Below are positions 53,942 to 64,000 of a DNA stretch of 64,000 bases, one piece after another. The notes beneath the pieces are model-generated. The model saw only the letters and a list, made by a program, of their open reading frames with translations, searched no databases and was not told where the DNA came from. This DNA comes from Tubiluchus corallicola (Eukaryota > Animalia > Priapulida), in contig JAQGDQ010000960.1 of NCBI GenBank assembly GCA_030141605.1, positions 1 through 64,000 of the forward strand. The letters are read 5' to 3'. Position numbers and translations under genes: made by a program. Numbering within the stretch: the stretch's first letter is position 1; each line of letters begins with the position of its first letter.

Positions 53942-54556
53942 AGCAAAACCGGACCCAATATTAAACTGTAAGTCAAAACAATCTGGTCTTTAAAATATTG
54001 AAAGGAAACATACTATTTTTTCAAAAATGACTTACATGAAAGAATTATTATCACACAAACACAATTTCACGTTCGCGCCACTAGTTTTTTGCGGTTACAT
54101 GCATTTCGCCATTCACTAGCTAGACGGGCACTAGCGCCTGCATTTCGGAAACATATTGCACAAAAACAAATGCTGTACTTCTCAGTTCAGATGTGTTAAT
54201 TTGTGACGAACTAAACACAGTTGACACCATATGCGGTAAATTTGAAATCTTAATTTTGATCTTAAAATTTACCTAGTTTTAGTACAACACACTTAAAATC
54301 TTACAGTAGCACTGTACTTCAATTTTCGCTTTCACAAAAACGTACAACACGCACGTTGAATATTTTTGCTGTTGAAAATTATATTAGTGTGTGATGCTGT
54401 CATAAAATGTGATCAATATTTGGGCTCGTCAGCCGTTAATTAAGACTTTAATCTATCATTTAATTATCAGAAATGCTTCTGCAGTACTAATTGTATTAAA
54501 ATGTATACTTTTATCAGACTTGAAAATGGGTTAGTATATGAAAAAACATCCCGTCT
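53942..54556 (+). mobile_element. MITE family A, full copy
   Basis: Colinear with 46448-47035. Confidence 0.85.
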
Positions 54557-55959
54557 TTTGTTAACATTTTGTTATGATTCTGAATATTATTATCACAAAT
54601 AAAGATAATGCTTACTTACTTTTTTTACTTAAATAGAAAAACCAACGAAACGACAGCATTTTGGACGATGACCCCTCGCATTAGCTTGCTAAAAAACTTG
54701 TTCCCCTTTATGTCGTTCACCAATGAATGTTTCCTCCATAAACATTTTATGTTCGTAATTATTGTTTGAAAGTGGTTTAATTCCTATTAGTACAGAAGTC
54801 GATTCATGCTAACATTTATTAGTTCGATTCTCTGAAATGTTTCGTTTAGATGAATTTACTATGTCTGTAGTGTAGTATCTAGAAGCTTAAATTCTACAAT
54901 TAGTCGTTTTGCTGAGATAGATTAATGAAAAATAAAATTAGTTGAATTAACTACGAATTTATTTTAAAATTCAGTCGTAACCAGATATAATGTTACAGTA
55001 GAAATAACGAAACTACACGTACTTTTAAAATTCAGTTGTGACCAGATACAATGTTACAGTAGACATAACGAAACTACGTGTACTTGCCATTTCGAAACAA
55101 TAACATGTTAAAATAATAGGATTATTACCTCAGAATAGTAACCCGCTTATATAGTTTAGAGAAAAAGCTATTTTGAAGGCTGCTCACGAGAAAAACATCA
55201 TTGTTAATATTATTAACTTTATTGACAAGAGAAAGTAATTTAAACTTTTGTTTAATAATGTTCTGTAATTTTGTTTAATACGAATGCTCTGATTATTGCT
55301 TACACATTATGCTATGTTATCTAAACTTGTTTCAAACGATGCCGAACGGTCATCAAGAGAGTTTAAATTTTGAAGTTTTACACAGCGTTACTGCTAATGC
55401 AAGCTCTTTATGCAATAAGGCAGTATGTGGGTGATACGAATATGAATATCAATACGAATTTTTTAGCTTGATGAAAGTAAAGGGTTTTCTTGTCCTTTAA
55501 CAACGAGCCCCGAAGTAAGTTGACTATTCTATTAAGATAATCAACCAGTCGAGTAGAAATTTTAAAATGGCAGGCGCATATAATATCGGTTATATATAAA
55601 TGTTGTTAAGCTTGAGCAATGCAAGCCTAGATTTTATTACTCCTGAGCTACGCTTTGGCTTCTCTCCCAAATTATATGAAGGACGCACCATCTTTAGATA
55701 CTTTCGAAAGATTTGCTAAAACTTATTTTTTGTATAGCTTAGTGTCAGATATATGTTAGAGTTATGTATCTTGTTAGTTGATTTATTTTGTAATTAACTT
55801 AATTTTATATTTCTTTTAATACATGATAATTATTGTATTGTGTTAGACAATCGTAAATGCACCCTGTTGAAATGTATTTGCATGAGTGATATGTAAATAT
55901 CTGTATATCTGTATATATTTGTATGTAACTGAGGGCTTCCCCTAGAAAGCAGTGCGAAG

Positions 55960-56358
55960 CAGGGGCGTATTAACCGATAGGCTAACTAGGGCGCCAAAGT
56001 TTGAGGGGCATCACATTTTGAAAAAAATTCTTATTCCCTTCGAAAAATGTGTATTGTTTCATATTCATATTTTATAAGACACCACAAGCAGTTACTGAAG
56101 GAGTTTTTATATAAACACCACGTAACGAACAGGCGCAAGGTATTACACAAGAAGCAATTGCGCAACCTGCTTGAATATAAGTGCTATGCTAATACATGTA
56201 ATTAATAACGACAGGAAGAAATTATGTTAATAGTGTTTCTAATACACCATAAGTAGTTGTTCAGCCTGCTCATTACATAAACAACCATAAATTCATAATA
56301 GAGATGGGCGGGGCAGAACCGTCAGTCTAGGGTGTGTTAAAGTCTTGATACGCCCCTG
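55960..56358. mobile_element. hAT-like MITE; relatives at 39768-40165 and 52530-52937
   Basis: TIR CAGGGGCGTAT / ATACGCCCCTG. Degenerate 8-bp TSD GTGCGAAG / GTGTTAAG. A related empty site (GTGCTAAG) appears on the minus strand near 37858. Confidence 0.85.
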
Positions 56359-57021
56359 GTGTTAAGCGATGAAGGAGCTACCCTCATAAAATGTTACTAT
56401 AAATAAATATATCCTTTCTCGTAAAGATGTAATGTTCCTCTGTTGCTCTCTTTTTGACTTCTCCTACGGTGATGTTCGTCAATGATTGCGTCACGACACG
56501 ATCACATGTTTGAGTCGGTTTTAACGAGTCGCATGGCGGTAAACGGTGCTGACACAGCGAATTTAACAAGTTAATTGAGGTCGAGAAGTTTGTATCAAAC
56601 TCGTTAGGCCTTGTTTGTACGACTTGCGTTCAAGAGTTTTATAATGTCAACAGTCGTTTCTACTGGCTTTTGTTCGAACGCTGACAACTTGCAAGGACGT
56701 CAGCTTGATTACACCAAGTTTAAAATTTGTTTTACCTCCATGAAAAAGGATATGCTTTAATTTTTTATTAGAAAAAAGTCGAAAGATAAAGTGAAGTTAA
56801 TAGAACTAATAATAAATATGTCGATCCTTTTCATACTTGTTTGTCCATTTATTCATTTATCAAAACCACAGACTTGCCCCTGGGCTCAAGCATCCAACTT
56901 GGCGGCACTAGGAGGATAAAAATGATATCTTTTATACCAAAACACTGTTGGCAATACCCTAATTTGTCGACAAAAAACAAAGTATAAGAATTTTAATTTG
57001 ATACATCGACTGCTTTTACAA

Positions 57022-57271
<250 letters not shown>

Positions 57272-57650
57272 GTTATTTTTGTTATTACTGTTATTTTTGT
57301 TTTATATTTTCTCTTTTGTTTATTGCTTTCAATTATTTTAATCATTTCATTTGAGTAATTAACTAAAATTACATCCAGTGTCATAAATTTTTTTCTTATT
57401 ACAATATTAATTTATAAGGGGTGAGTGACTAGATGATCTACGGTCTTTCCTCATCCCATCTCCATGGAAAAGTAATGTTTTTTTTGTAAAATGGAATTCG
57501 TGACACATTATTGGAGAAAATAAAATGCCTAAATGTCTATGTCTTTGGTGCAGATCGGGCACAGACTGAATCCTCTTCTTAACTCTGAGTGCTTGAAAGA
57601 GAAAACATGGCTTGTGTTCTGGCTTAATTCGTTCAAGACTTGAACATTAA

Positions 57651-58493
57651 AAGACAAGAAAAGGGGTACCTGAAGTAGGTTTCAGAAAAATCGCCGTAAG
57701 AAATTATATTACTTTATGGCATTTTTATGTAAATATCGTACTCGCGTTGAAAGGATTTGTTTGGTTTGATTTTAAGTTTCCCTGTTCCGATTGCGCCGTT
57801 ACATGACGTCATATTCGCGGAACGTAAATTAGGAGAAGAAAAGGAAATGTTTAATTATCTCAGACATGTGCGCATGGTCGCTGCAGCACCACGGTACCTA
57901 TACACGTGCCACCCTGTACTTGGCGTCATATACGCACAATGTAAATCAGGGGAAGAAAAGAAAATGTTAAACTATGTCCCAAATAACTTTCCATGCAAAT
58001 CTATAGTACTTAGTATTTCGCTTACCTGCTGGAAAGACTCATGTAACTAGAAAGGAAAATTATTATTAAAATGTTTTCAGCAAATTGGTAAAATGTCGCC
58101 CGCTCACCCTCCAGGGTGCACTACCCATTAAACAAAAACGTATTTTTAATCTTATTGACAAGATACAGTAATTTAAAAATTTTTAAATTTAAAAGTTAGT
58201 GGCGTGAGTGCTACGAATGCTGTGATTATTTTTTCGAAATTAACTCGAAATTAAGTGTTTTTTCGAGTTAATTTCGAAATTATTTTTTCGAAATTAAGTG
58301 TTTTTTAAACTGTTTCAATTGACTTATCGTCAAAATGGCTGCATTTAACGGTCATCACGTGAGTTTAAATTTACATGTTTTATACAGCGCTGTTGCCGAT
58401 GCAAGTCATGCATGCAAAAAGGCAGTATGTAAGTGACACAAAATGTCAAGACGAATTTTTAAGCATTATGTAAGTTGAGGGTTTTCTTGTGCT
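57651..58493 (+). mobile_element. MITE family B (partials at about 23265-23455, 40838-41034 and 55320-55496)
   Basis: TTAA|AAGACAAGAAAA ... TTTTCTTGTGCT|TTGA. Confidence 0.85.
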
Positions 58494-58841
58494 TTGATCA
58501 AGAGAACCACAGATTGTTGTTACATACCACACAAAAACAATATTTAGGTATTTTCTTTTCTATCTGAAATTTGGTGATCGTGCTTTCTAGTTTGCTACAT
58601 CAAGTCAAAGAACAAACCGTGAGAAGCAATACAGTTTATACACCCGTAATAAGAAGTAACAATACCATTAAATTTTAGCGTTTAATTATATCGCTGCACA
58701 CTACTATAAGTTTTTTTGCTTTGTTAAACTGCTTTTGAGCAGGAAATGCCAATAAAAACTTAAACTAACCGACTTCGTGCAAATCTGTTCACTTCCGACA
58801 GAACGTCAAGAATCGTCAATCGCTTTGTCTTTTCTGTTTAG

Positions 58842-58988
58842 TTACAAGACAATTGTACGACGTATCAGTGAATGACAAAGACGCCATTAAGGGAAATACG
58901 GCCTTGCTAAAGTGTGAAATACCGACGTTCGTCAAGCCTTATGTAGTAGTCGAATACTGGAAACGAGATACTGAGAAGATAGTGTCAG
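58842..58988 (+). CDS. DSCAM: Dscam exon 3, N-terminal half of Ig2 (not in the ORF track)
   Basis: Acceptor ttctgtttag| and donor CAG|GTAAGT. 147 nt: VTRQLYDVSVNDKDAIKGNTALLKCEIPTFVKPYVVVEYWKRDTEKIVSG. Confidence 0.95.
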
Positions 58989-59084
58989 GTAAGTATGCTA
59001 GTATGGTCTAGTCATACTCATGTCAATAGTCATTAATATTAAGAAAATGATTGTCAGTTTTCGGCCAAATGAGTAATACACAAA

Positions 59085-59330
59085 CACCCCGTCCACCTTG
59101 ATGATGTAACACACGTTCTCACAAACACTCGCTCACTTAGCCCCTCCCATCTTGATGATGTAACACACATTCTCATAAACACTCGCTCATTGATATCAGC
59201 ACTTAGCCCCGCTCACCTTGATGATGTAACACGTTCTCACAAACACTCGCTCACTTAGCCCCGCCCACCTTGATGATGTAATACATATTCTCACACACAC
59301 TCGCTCACTTAGCCCGCCCACCTTGATGAC
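59085..59330. repeat. Tandem repeat of about 55 bp, 4-5 copies, between Dscam exons 3 and 4
   Basis: ccaccttgatgatgtaacacacgttctcacaaacactcgctcacttagcccc recurs. Confidence 0.9.
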
Positions 59331-59551
59331 GTGAGCAAATATGGCAAAAACAACCATTTCCGTTTTGCCCCAATGAACTCTCCGACGCACCGACTCCGCG
59401 AACCTATCACGACCACAATGCACAACCTTACAGCACCTTTACCGTAGCTTAGTTAATTGTTCATGTAGACTGAGTAAAAATTTGTTGAAGGGAAATAATA
59501 CAATGCAAACCTTAATGACTCTCGTGTTTATGTGTGTTTTTAATGTTTTAG

Positions 59552-59701
59552 GTTCAAAATTTAGCGTCTTTCAGAGTGGAGAGATTCACATTAGGGAAGT
59601 AAATGAAAATGACGTTCGCTATAGTTACATTTGCTCAACTAAACACATTGTGACGAATCAAAAGGTGGAAAGCAAGAAAGCTGGTAGACTAAGGTTACGA
59701 G
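59552..59701 (+). CDS. DSCAM: Dscam exon 4, C-terminal half of Ig2
   Basis: Acceptor gttttag| and donor GAG|GTAATT. 150 nt: SKFSVFQSGEIHIREVNENDVRYSYICSTKHIVTNQKVESKKAGRLRLR. Confidence 0.95.
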
Positions 59702-59902
59702 GTAATTAGAGGAAAGAACTTCAAGGCTCTAATTTTATTTGAAATGGATGTATGCATGTTTCATCATGCTTTCCTAAAAACATGATTCAGTAAAAGAAAA
59801 CCTGCAAGGCCTATATAATGCCTGTTTTGTCATATTGCCTACAACAAAGCAAGGAAAACAAGGTAGGCAAAAACAATGCAACAGGGGTAGATCTGAACAA
59901 AG

Positions 59903-60731
59903 CAGGACGGGACGGGACGGGACGGGCCGGGACGGGACGGGACAGGGCAGGACAGGACTGGTAGGCAGGCAAGATAGAAATGGACTAGACGGGACTGAAC
60001 AGGAGAGGACAGGACCGGACTGGACTGGACAGAGCAGGACAGAGTATGACAAGACAAGCAGACAGGACAGGACAGGACAGGACAGGACAGGACTGGACAA
60101 GACGGGACAGGACAGGACAGGACAGAACGGGACAGGACAGGACTGGACAAGACGGGACAGGACAGGACAGGACAGGACAGGACAGGACAGGACAGGACAG
60201 GACAGGACAGGACAGGACAGGACAGGACAGGACAGGACAGGACATGGCATGACGGGACGGGACGGGACGGGACGGGACGGGACAGGACAGGACTGGACAA
60301 GACGGGACGGGACGGGACGGGACGGGACGGGACGGGACGGGACGGGACGGGACGGGACGGGACGGGACGGGACGGGACGGGACGGGACGGGACGGGACGG
60401 GACAGGACAGGACAGGGCATGACGGGACAGGACAGGACAAGACGGGACAGGGCAGGACAGGACTGGTAGGCAGGCAAGATAGAAATGGACTAGACGGGAC
60501 TGAACAGGAGAGGACAGGACCGGACTGGACTGGACAGAGCAGGACAGAGTAGGACAAAACAGGCAGACAGTACAGGACAGGGCAGGGCAGGGCAGGGCAG
60601 GGCAGGGCAGGGCAGGGCAGGGCAGGGCAGGGCAGGGCAGGGCAGGGCAGTGCAGTGCAGTGCAGTGCAGTGCAGTGCAGTGCAGTGCAGTGCAGGGCAG
60701 GGCAGGACAGGACAGGACAGGGCAGGACAGA
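59903..60731. repeat. Compound pentanucleotide array (GGACG/GGACA/GGGCA/GTGCA) with an internal duplication of about 130 bp
   Basis: Direct reading. Confidence 0.98.
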
Positions 60732-61019
60732 GTAGAATACAATAACATTACCTATATTTTTGTTACGGGCGCAAAAGTTAAGCAACACTTACTCTTGAGT
60801 GTGCTTGGAAGCTGCATAGTGGCACAATTGAAGTCGCTAATTAGTCGATTTATTATGTACTGTAGCACAAGTTTTAAAGCATTGCTGTCTTAAGCATGGA
60901 CATGTACACAAAAATAGTGTAACTTCCTTCTATCATTTCCTGCAAGACATTAGCTTTTACTATTGACGTTTTACAGCATCTTTTTCTTGTTTAGTCTTTC
61001 AATTATCATTTACTCAATA

Positions 61020-61396
61020 AGACTTTTCGCAGTTTCATTATGCGCACACGCAGTTGCTGTAGGTCAAAGGTTAAGTGTACCACAGTAACGCATCTTAACT
61101 ACAACCGTCACGTGACATGTGTAAAACAAAGCCTTCTACCGCATGAGTTAAGTAACTTCAGTTGTTTTACGTGGACTTTACTCAATTATGCATTAGTCTG
61201 TGTGTAGAGTGATTTACTAGCAGGATCTTGCTTGGTAACAAGAAAAAATAAACTTCTAGCCAGCTGTTAAAACTGTTACTATTACAACAGCATAGGCTAC
61301 GAGGCGTTGTCAAGCGTACACAAATGAATTGCCTGGTACTCTTAACCTTTGACCTTTTCACGATCATCACCAATCGCCCAGAAATGTGAAAAGGCT
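61020..61396. mobile_element. MITE family C (partials at about 4110-4375, 35180-35416 and 32821-32870)
   Basis: TA|AGACTTTTCGCAG ... TGTGAAAAGGCT|TA. Confidence 0.85.
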
Positions 61397-61434
61397 TAAT
61401 AATTAATAACAATTATCATATCTTTTTGTTGTAG

Positions 61435-61725
61435 ATGTTGTCAGCTTGAAGCCAGCTATAGTTGATATAAGACAAAGAATTCAAGTTCAAGTTGGCGATA
61501 GTGTGGAAATTCCTTGTGCAGCTGACGGAGCCCCTGTTCCCAGATATCAATGGCACAGAGGCATTTTCGGCATATCCCAAGCCTTGGAATCTTCTGGAAG
61601 ACTAAGGAAACTCTCAGGAAGCTTGTTTATTACTGACGTCCGTTTGTCGGATGCGGGCAATTATCTATGTGAAGCCACTAATCGCATTGGTACAGCCAGA
61701 GGAACTACTGAATTGGCGGTTATTG
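61435..61725 (+). CDS. DSCAM: Dscam exon 5, complete Ig3
   Basis: Acceptor ttgttgtag| and donor TTG|GTAAGA. 291 nt: ...VEIPCAADGAPVPRYQW...GSLFITDVRLSDAGNYLCEATNRIG. Confidence 0.95.
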
Positions 61726-61809
61726 GTAAGAAATCCACCTGAAGCTTTTATAAAGATTTTTCTAAGTAAAACGTTAAAAAACATCATAGGTTTGCATATA
61801 GATATTTAA

Positions 61810-62320
61810 AGGAAAGGTCAAGCTTCTTGGAGGTTAGGTTTATTTCAATGTTCACGAAAAATGATAGAAGGATTTAGTAATAAAACTGCAATAAGCGCCT
61901 CGTGCAATTAGTGAAATCACTTTAAAGTCGCGATCACTTCACGCTTGGGCGCTCCCATTTTCAATGTCAATTCTTCTTCCAATGACGTCATTCGTCTTGA
62001 AGAAAACTATGGCAATGGCAATCTTCATCAATAGTATAATAAGTTTTTACAAAAAAATTAGATAGTTAATTTTGAAATATTTTTGCGTGAACATTAGGTA
62101 AGATGCAGAAGTTTGAATTAGTTTAAGCAGCGCGCGCTTACGAAAAGTTACGCACTCTCCCAGTTACGTCATGATTTTCAAGTGAATGGAAGCAACCACC
62201 ACGCCTGAAAATTTCTATTCAGAGGTGGTATATTTTAAAATTATGCTTTATAGGCAGTTCTTTGGAAATTTCTTTGTTATATTTTTCTAAGTTTGTGATA
62301 ACAGTAAAATAAACACAACA
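61810..62320 (-). mobile_element. MITE family D copy
   Basis: TTAA|AGGAAAGGTC terminus and clear similarity to 2180-2740. Confidence 0.7.
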
Positions 62321-62727
62321 TACTGAGTGATTTGTTTTTTTCCGTTAATATACATGTATATCTGTAATATTTAGCATAATTTTAAACAAAATTTATTGTT
62401 TTTCAAAATGAAGAGATTCAACACAGATAAGTACTTAATGAAGACGTGAGTCAAAAAATTACATTCAACTAAGTAAACTGGCTAAACTTAGTACAAATGA
62501 AGTTAAAAAAATAATCGTAGTTTAATGTACTTATAGTGAATTATACTATTGTATCGTATCGTATCGTATCGTATCGTATGTTATCTCTTAGTATTATAGT
62601 AAAGTTGTCGTTAGGTCACAACTAGCAATGCTTCTAATAAGAATTAATTAAGTCAACAACCAACTGTCATACAGAAGTAGGAAATCAATGATATTGAAGC
62701 ACCAAGGGGAAGAATGTGAATTACTAT

Positions 62728-63252
62728 CATAGGCGGATCCAGGAGGGGGCGCAGCGGGGGCGCTTCCACATTTTTGCCCCGACAAAATTTCAGAATACAT
62801 CTATGATATTCATGTATGAAGAGTGGCCGGACCAGCTTAGTAAAGTCGCGTGGCAGGACCAGCGTGGCGGGACCAGCTTAGCAAAGTCGCGTGGCAGGAC
62901 CAGCGTGGCCAGACCAGCTTAGCAAAGTCGCGTGGCAGGACCAGCGTGGCCAGACCAGCTTAGCAAAGTCGCGTGGCCCGACCAGTTTAGCAAAGTCGCA
63001 GGTAGAAAATTAAACCCTATAAATGTTAATTAGAAATCCAACTTCATGATTCATTCTCAGTAATCAGTCTTACCGATAAACTTCTCGAAATTGAAGGAAT
63101 GATTGGTGTTATGGCCCTGTTTATTTTGAACTCAGATATATTTTCCTGGCCCCCCTCCGCCCTCGGCACCCGCTCGCTTCGCGGTAATATGCAAAACATT
63201 CCATTCTTTGCCGTTACGGCGCCCACTTCTAGAAATCCTGGATCCGCCCTTG
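62728..63252. mobile_element. TIR MITE with 5-bp TSD and internal 40-bp tandem repeat
   Basis: ACTAT|CATAGGCGGATCCAGGA ... TCCTGGATCCGCCCTTG|ACTAT. Confidence 0.85.
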
Positions 63253-63762
63253 ACTATGTTGCCTAAGTGAAGCCATGAACGATTTATTAACGATTTACTG
63301 CTACTTGTAATCACTTAGCCAAATACTAGCTCTGCACCTTGGTGGTAAAGTTCATGTACAATGCGTGGCGCCAATAAACACCTTGCGTTTACATGGTAAG
63401 AATATTCTGTTTTTCCTGATCAATATCCTGATAAATGGACTAAGAGCTGCTTATTTTCAATATGAAAACATGTTCTTTGCTCTAGGCGCTACTATAATAG
63501 CAGTAGACAAGTGTATATAGTCCCAGCTTAAACTTCAAAACACAAACGTCTTGCAAAACAGAGTTGATCAAATCATTAGGCATCTAAAAACCCTGTTTTT
63601 TTTAAAGTTCAGGCCCACGTTTCCAGAGGTGCTAATGTACGATTAGAATAAAGTTTGTTAATATCGAAATTCTGATTAGTAATGCCGTTTATAGAAAACA
63701 AGAACGATTAATTTAAAACATGTGCATAGTTATTTTAAAGTTACATGATAATGGTGATGCGA

Positions 63763-64000
63763 ATAAATACAGCTAAATGCTACGTTTTAAGACAGAGAAA
63801 AAGTAGAGATAAAACTGCTACGTTTTAGGCAGAGAAAAAATAGAGCTAAATGCTACATTTTAGGCAGGGAAAAAATACAGTTAAATGTTACGTTTTAAGA
63901 AGAGAAAAATAGAGCTAAATTCTACGTTTTAAGAAGAGAAAAAATACAGCAAAATGGTACGTTTCAAGTAGAGGAAAATACAGCTAAATGCTACGTTTCA
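63763..64000. repeat. Tandem repeat of about 38 bp running to the window edge
   Basis: aaatacagctaaatgctacgttttaag.agagaaa recurs about 6 times. Confidence 0.9.

Noticed and set aside
59774-60788. Long CPVLS / DRTGQ repeat ORFs
   Set aside because: Stop-free pentamer microsatellite inside a Dscam intron.

Overview
AT-rich genomic DNA from an invertebrate metazoan (spliceosomal introns, one 425-nt N gap); not prokaryotic. Two genes lie head-to-head. On the minus strand, a DLC1/STARD13/crossveinless-c-type RhoGAP gene has six phase-compatible coding exons (13462 down to 2029) and continues off the left edge. On the plus strand, a Dscam gene has a signal-peptide exon at 31395-31440, an 18.5-kb first intron and exons for Ig1, Ig2a, Ig2b and Ig3, and continues off the right edge; I see no mutually exclusive exon arrays. 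The rest is repeat-derived: three TTAA-flanked Kolobok-like MITE families, a TA-flanked TIR family, hAT-like MITEs, a solo LTR, decayed CR1/L2/RTE-type LINEs, and many micro- and minisatellites. Main oddities: (1) a 31-bp VNTR that multiplies a RhoGAP splice donor nine times behind an in-frame stop; (2) two kb-scale inverted duplications, each bracketing coding exons; (3) the Dscam first exon sandwiched between two copies of one MITE; (4) an apparently SAM-less DLC N-terminus; (5) several satellites built on 5' splice-site motifs. All alignments and translations were done by eye, so repeat boundaries are approximate and functional ideas are hypotheses.
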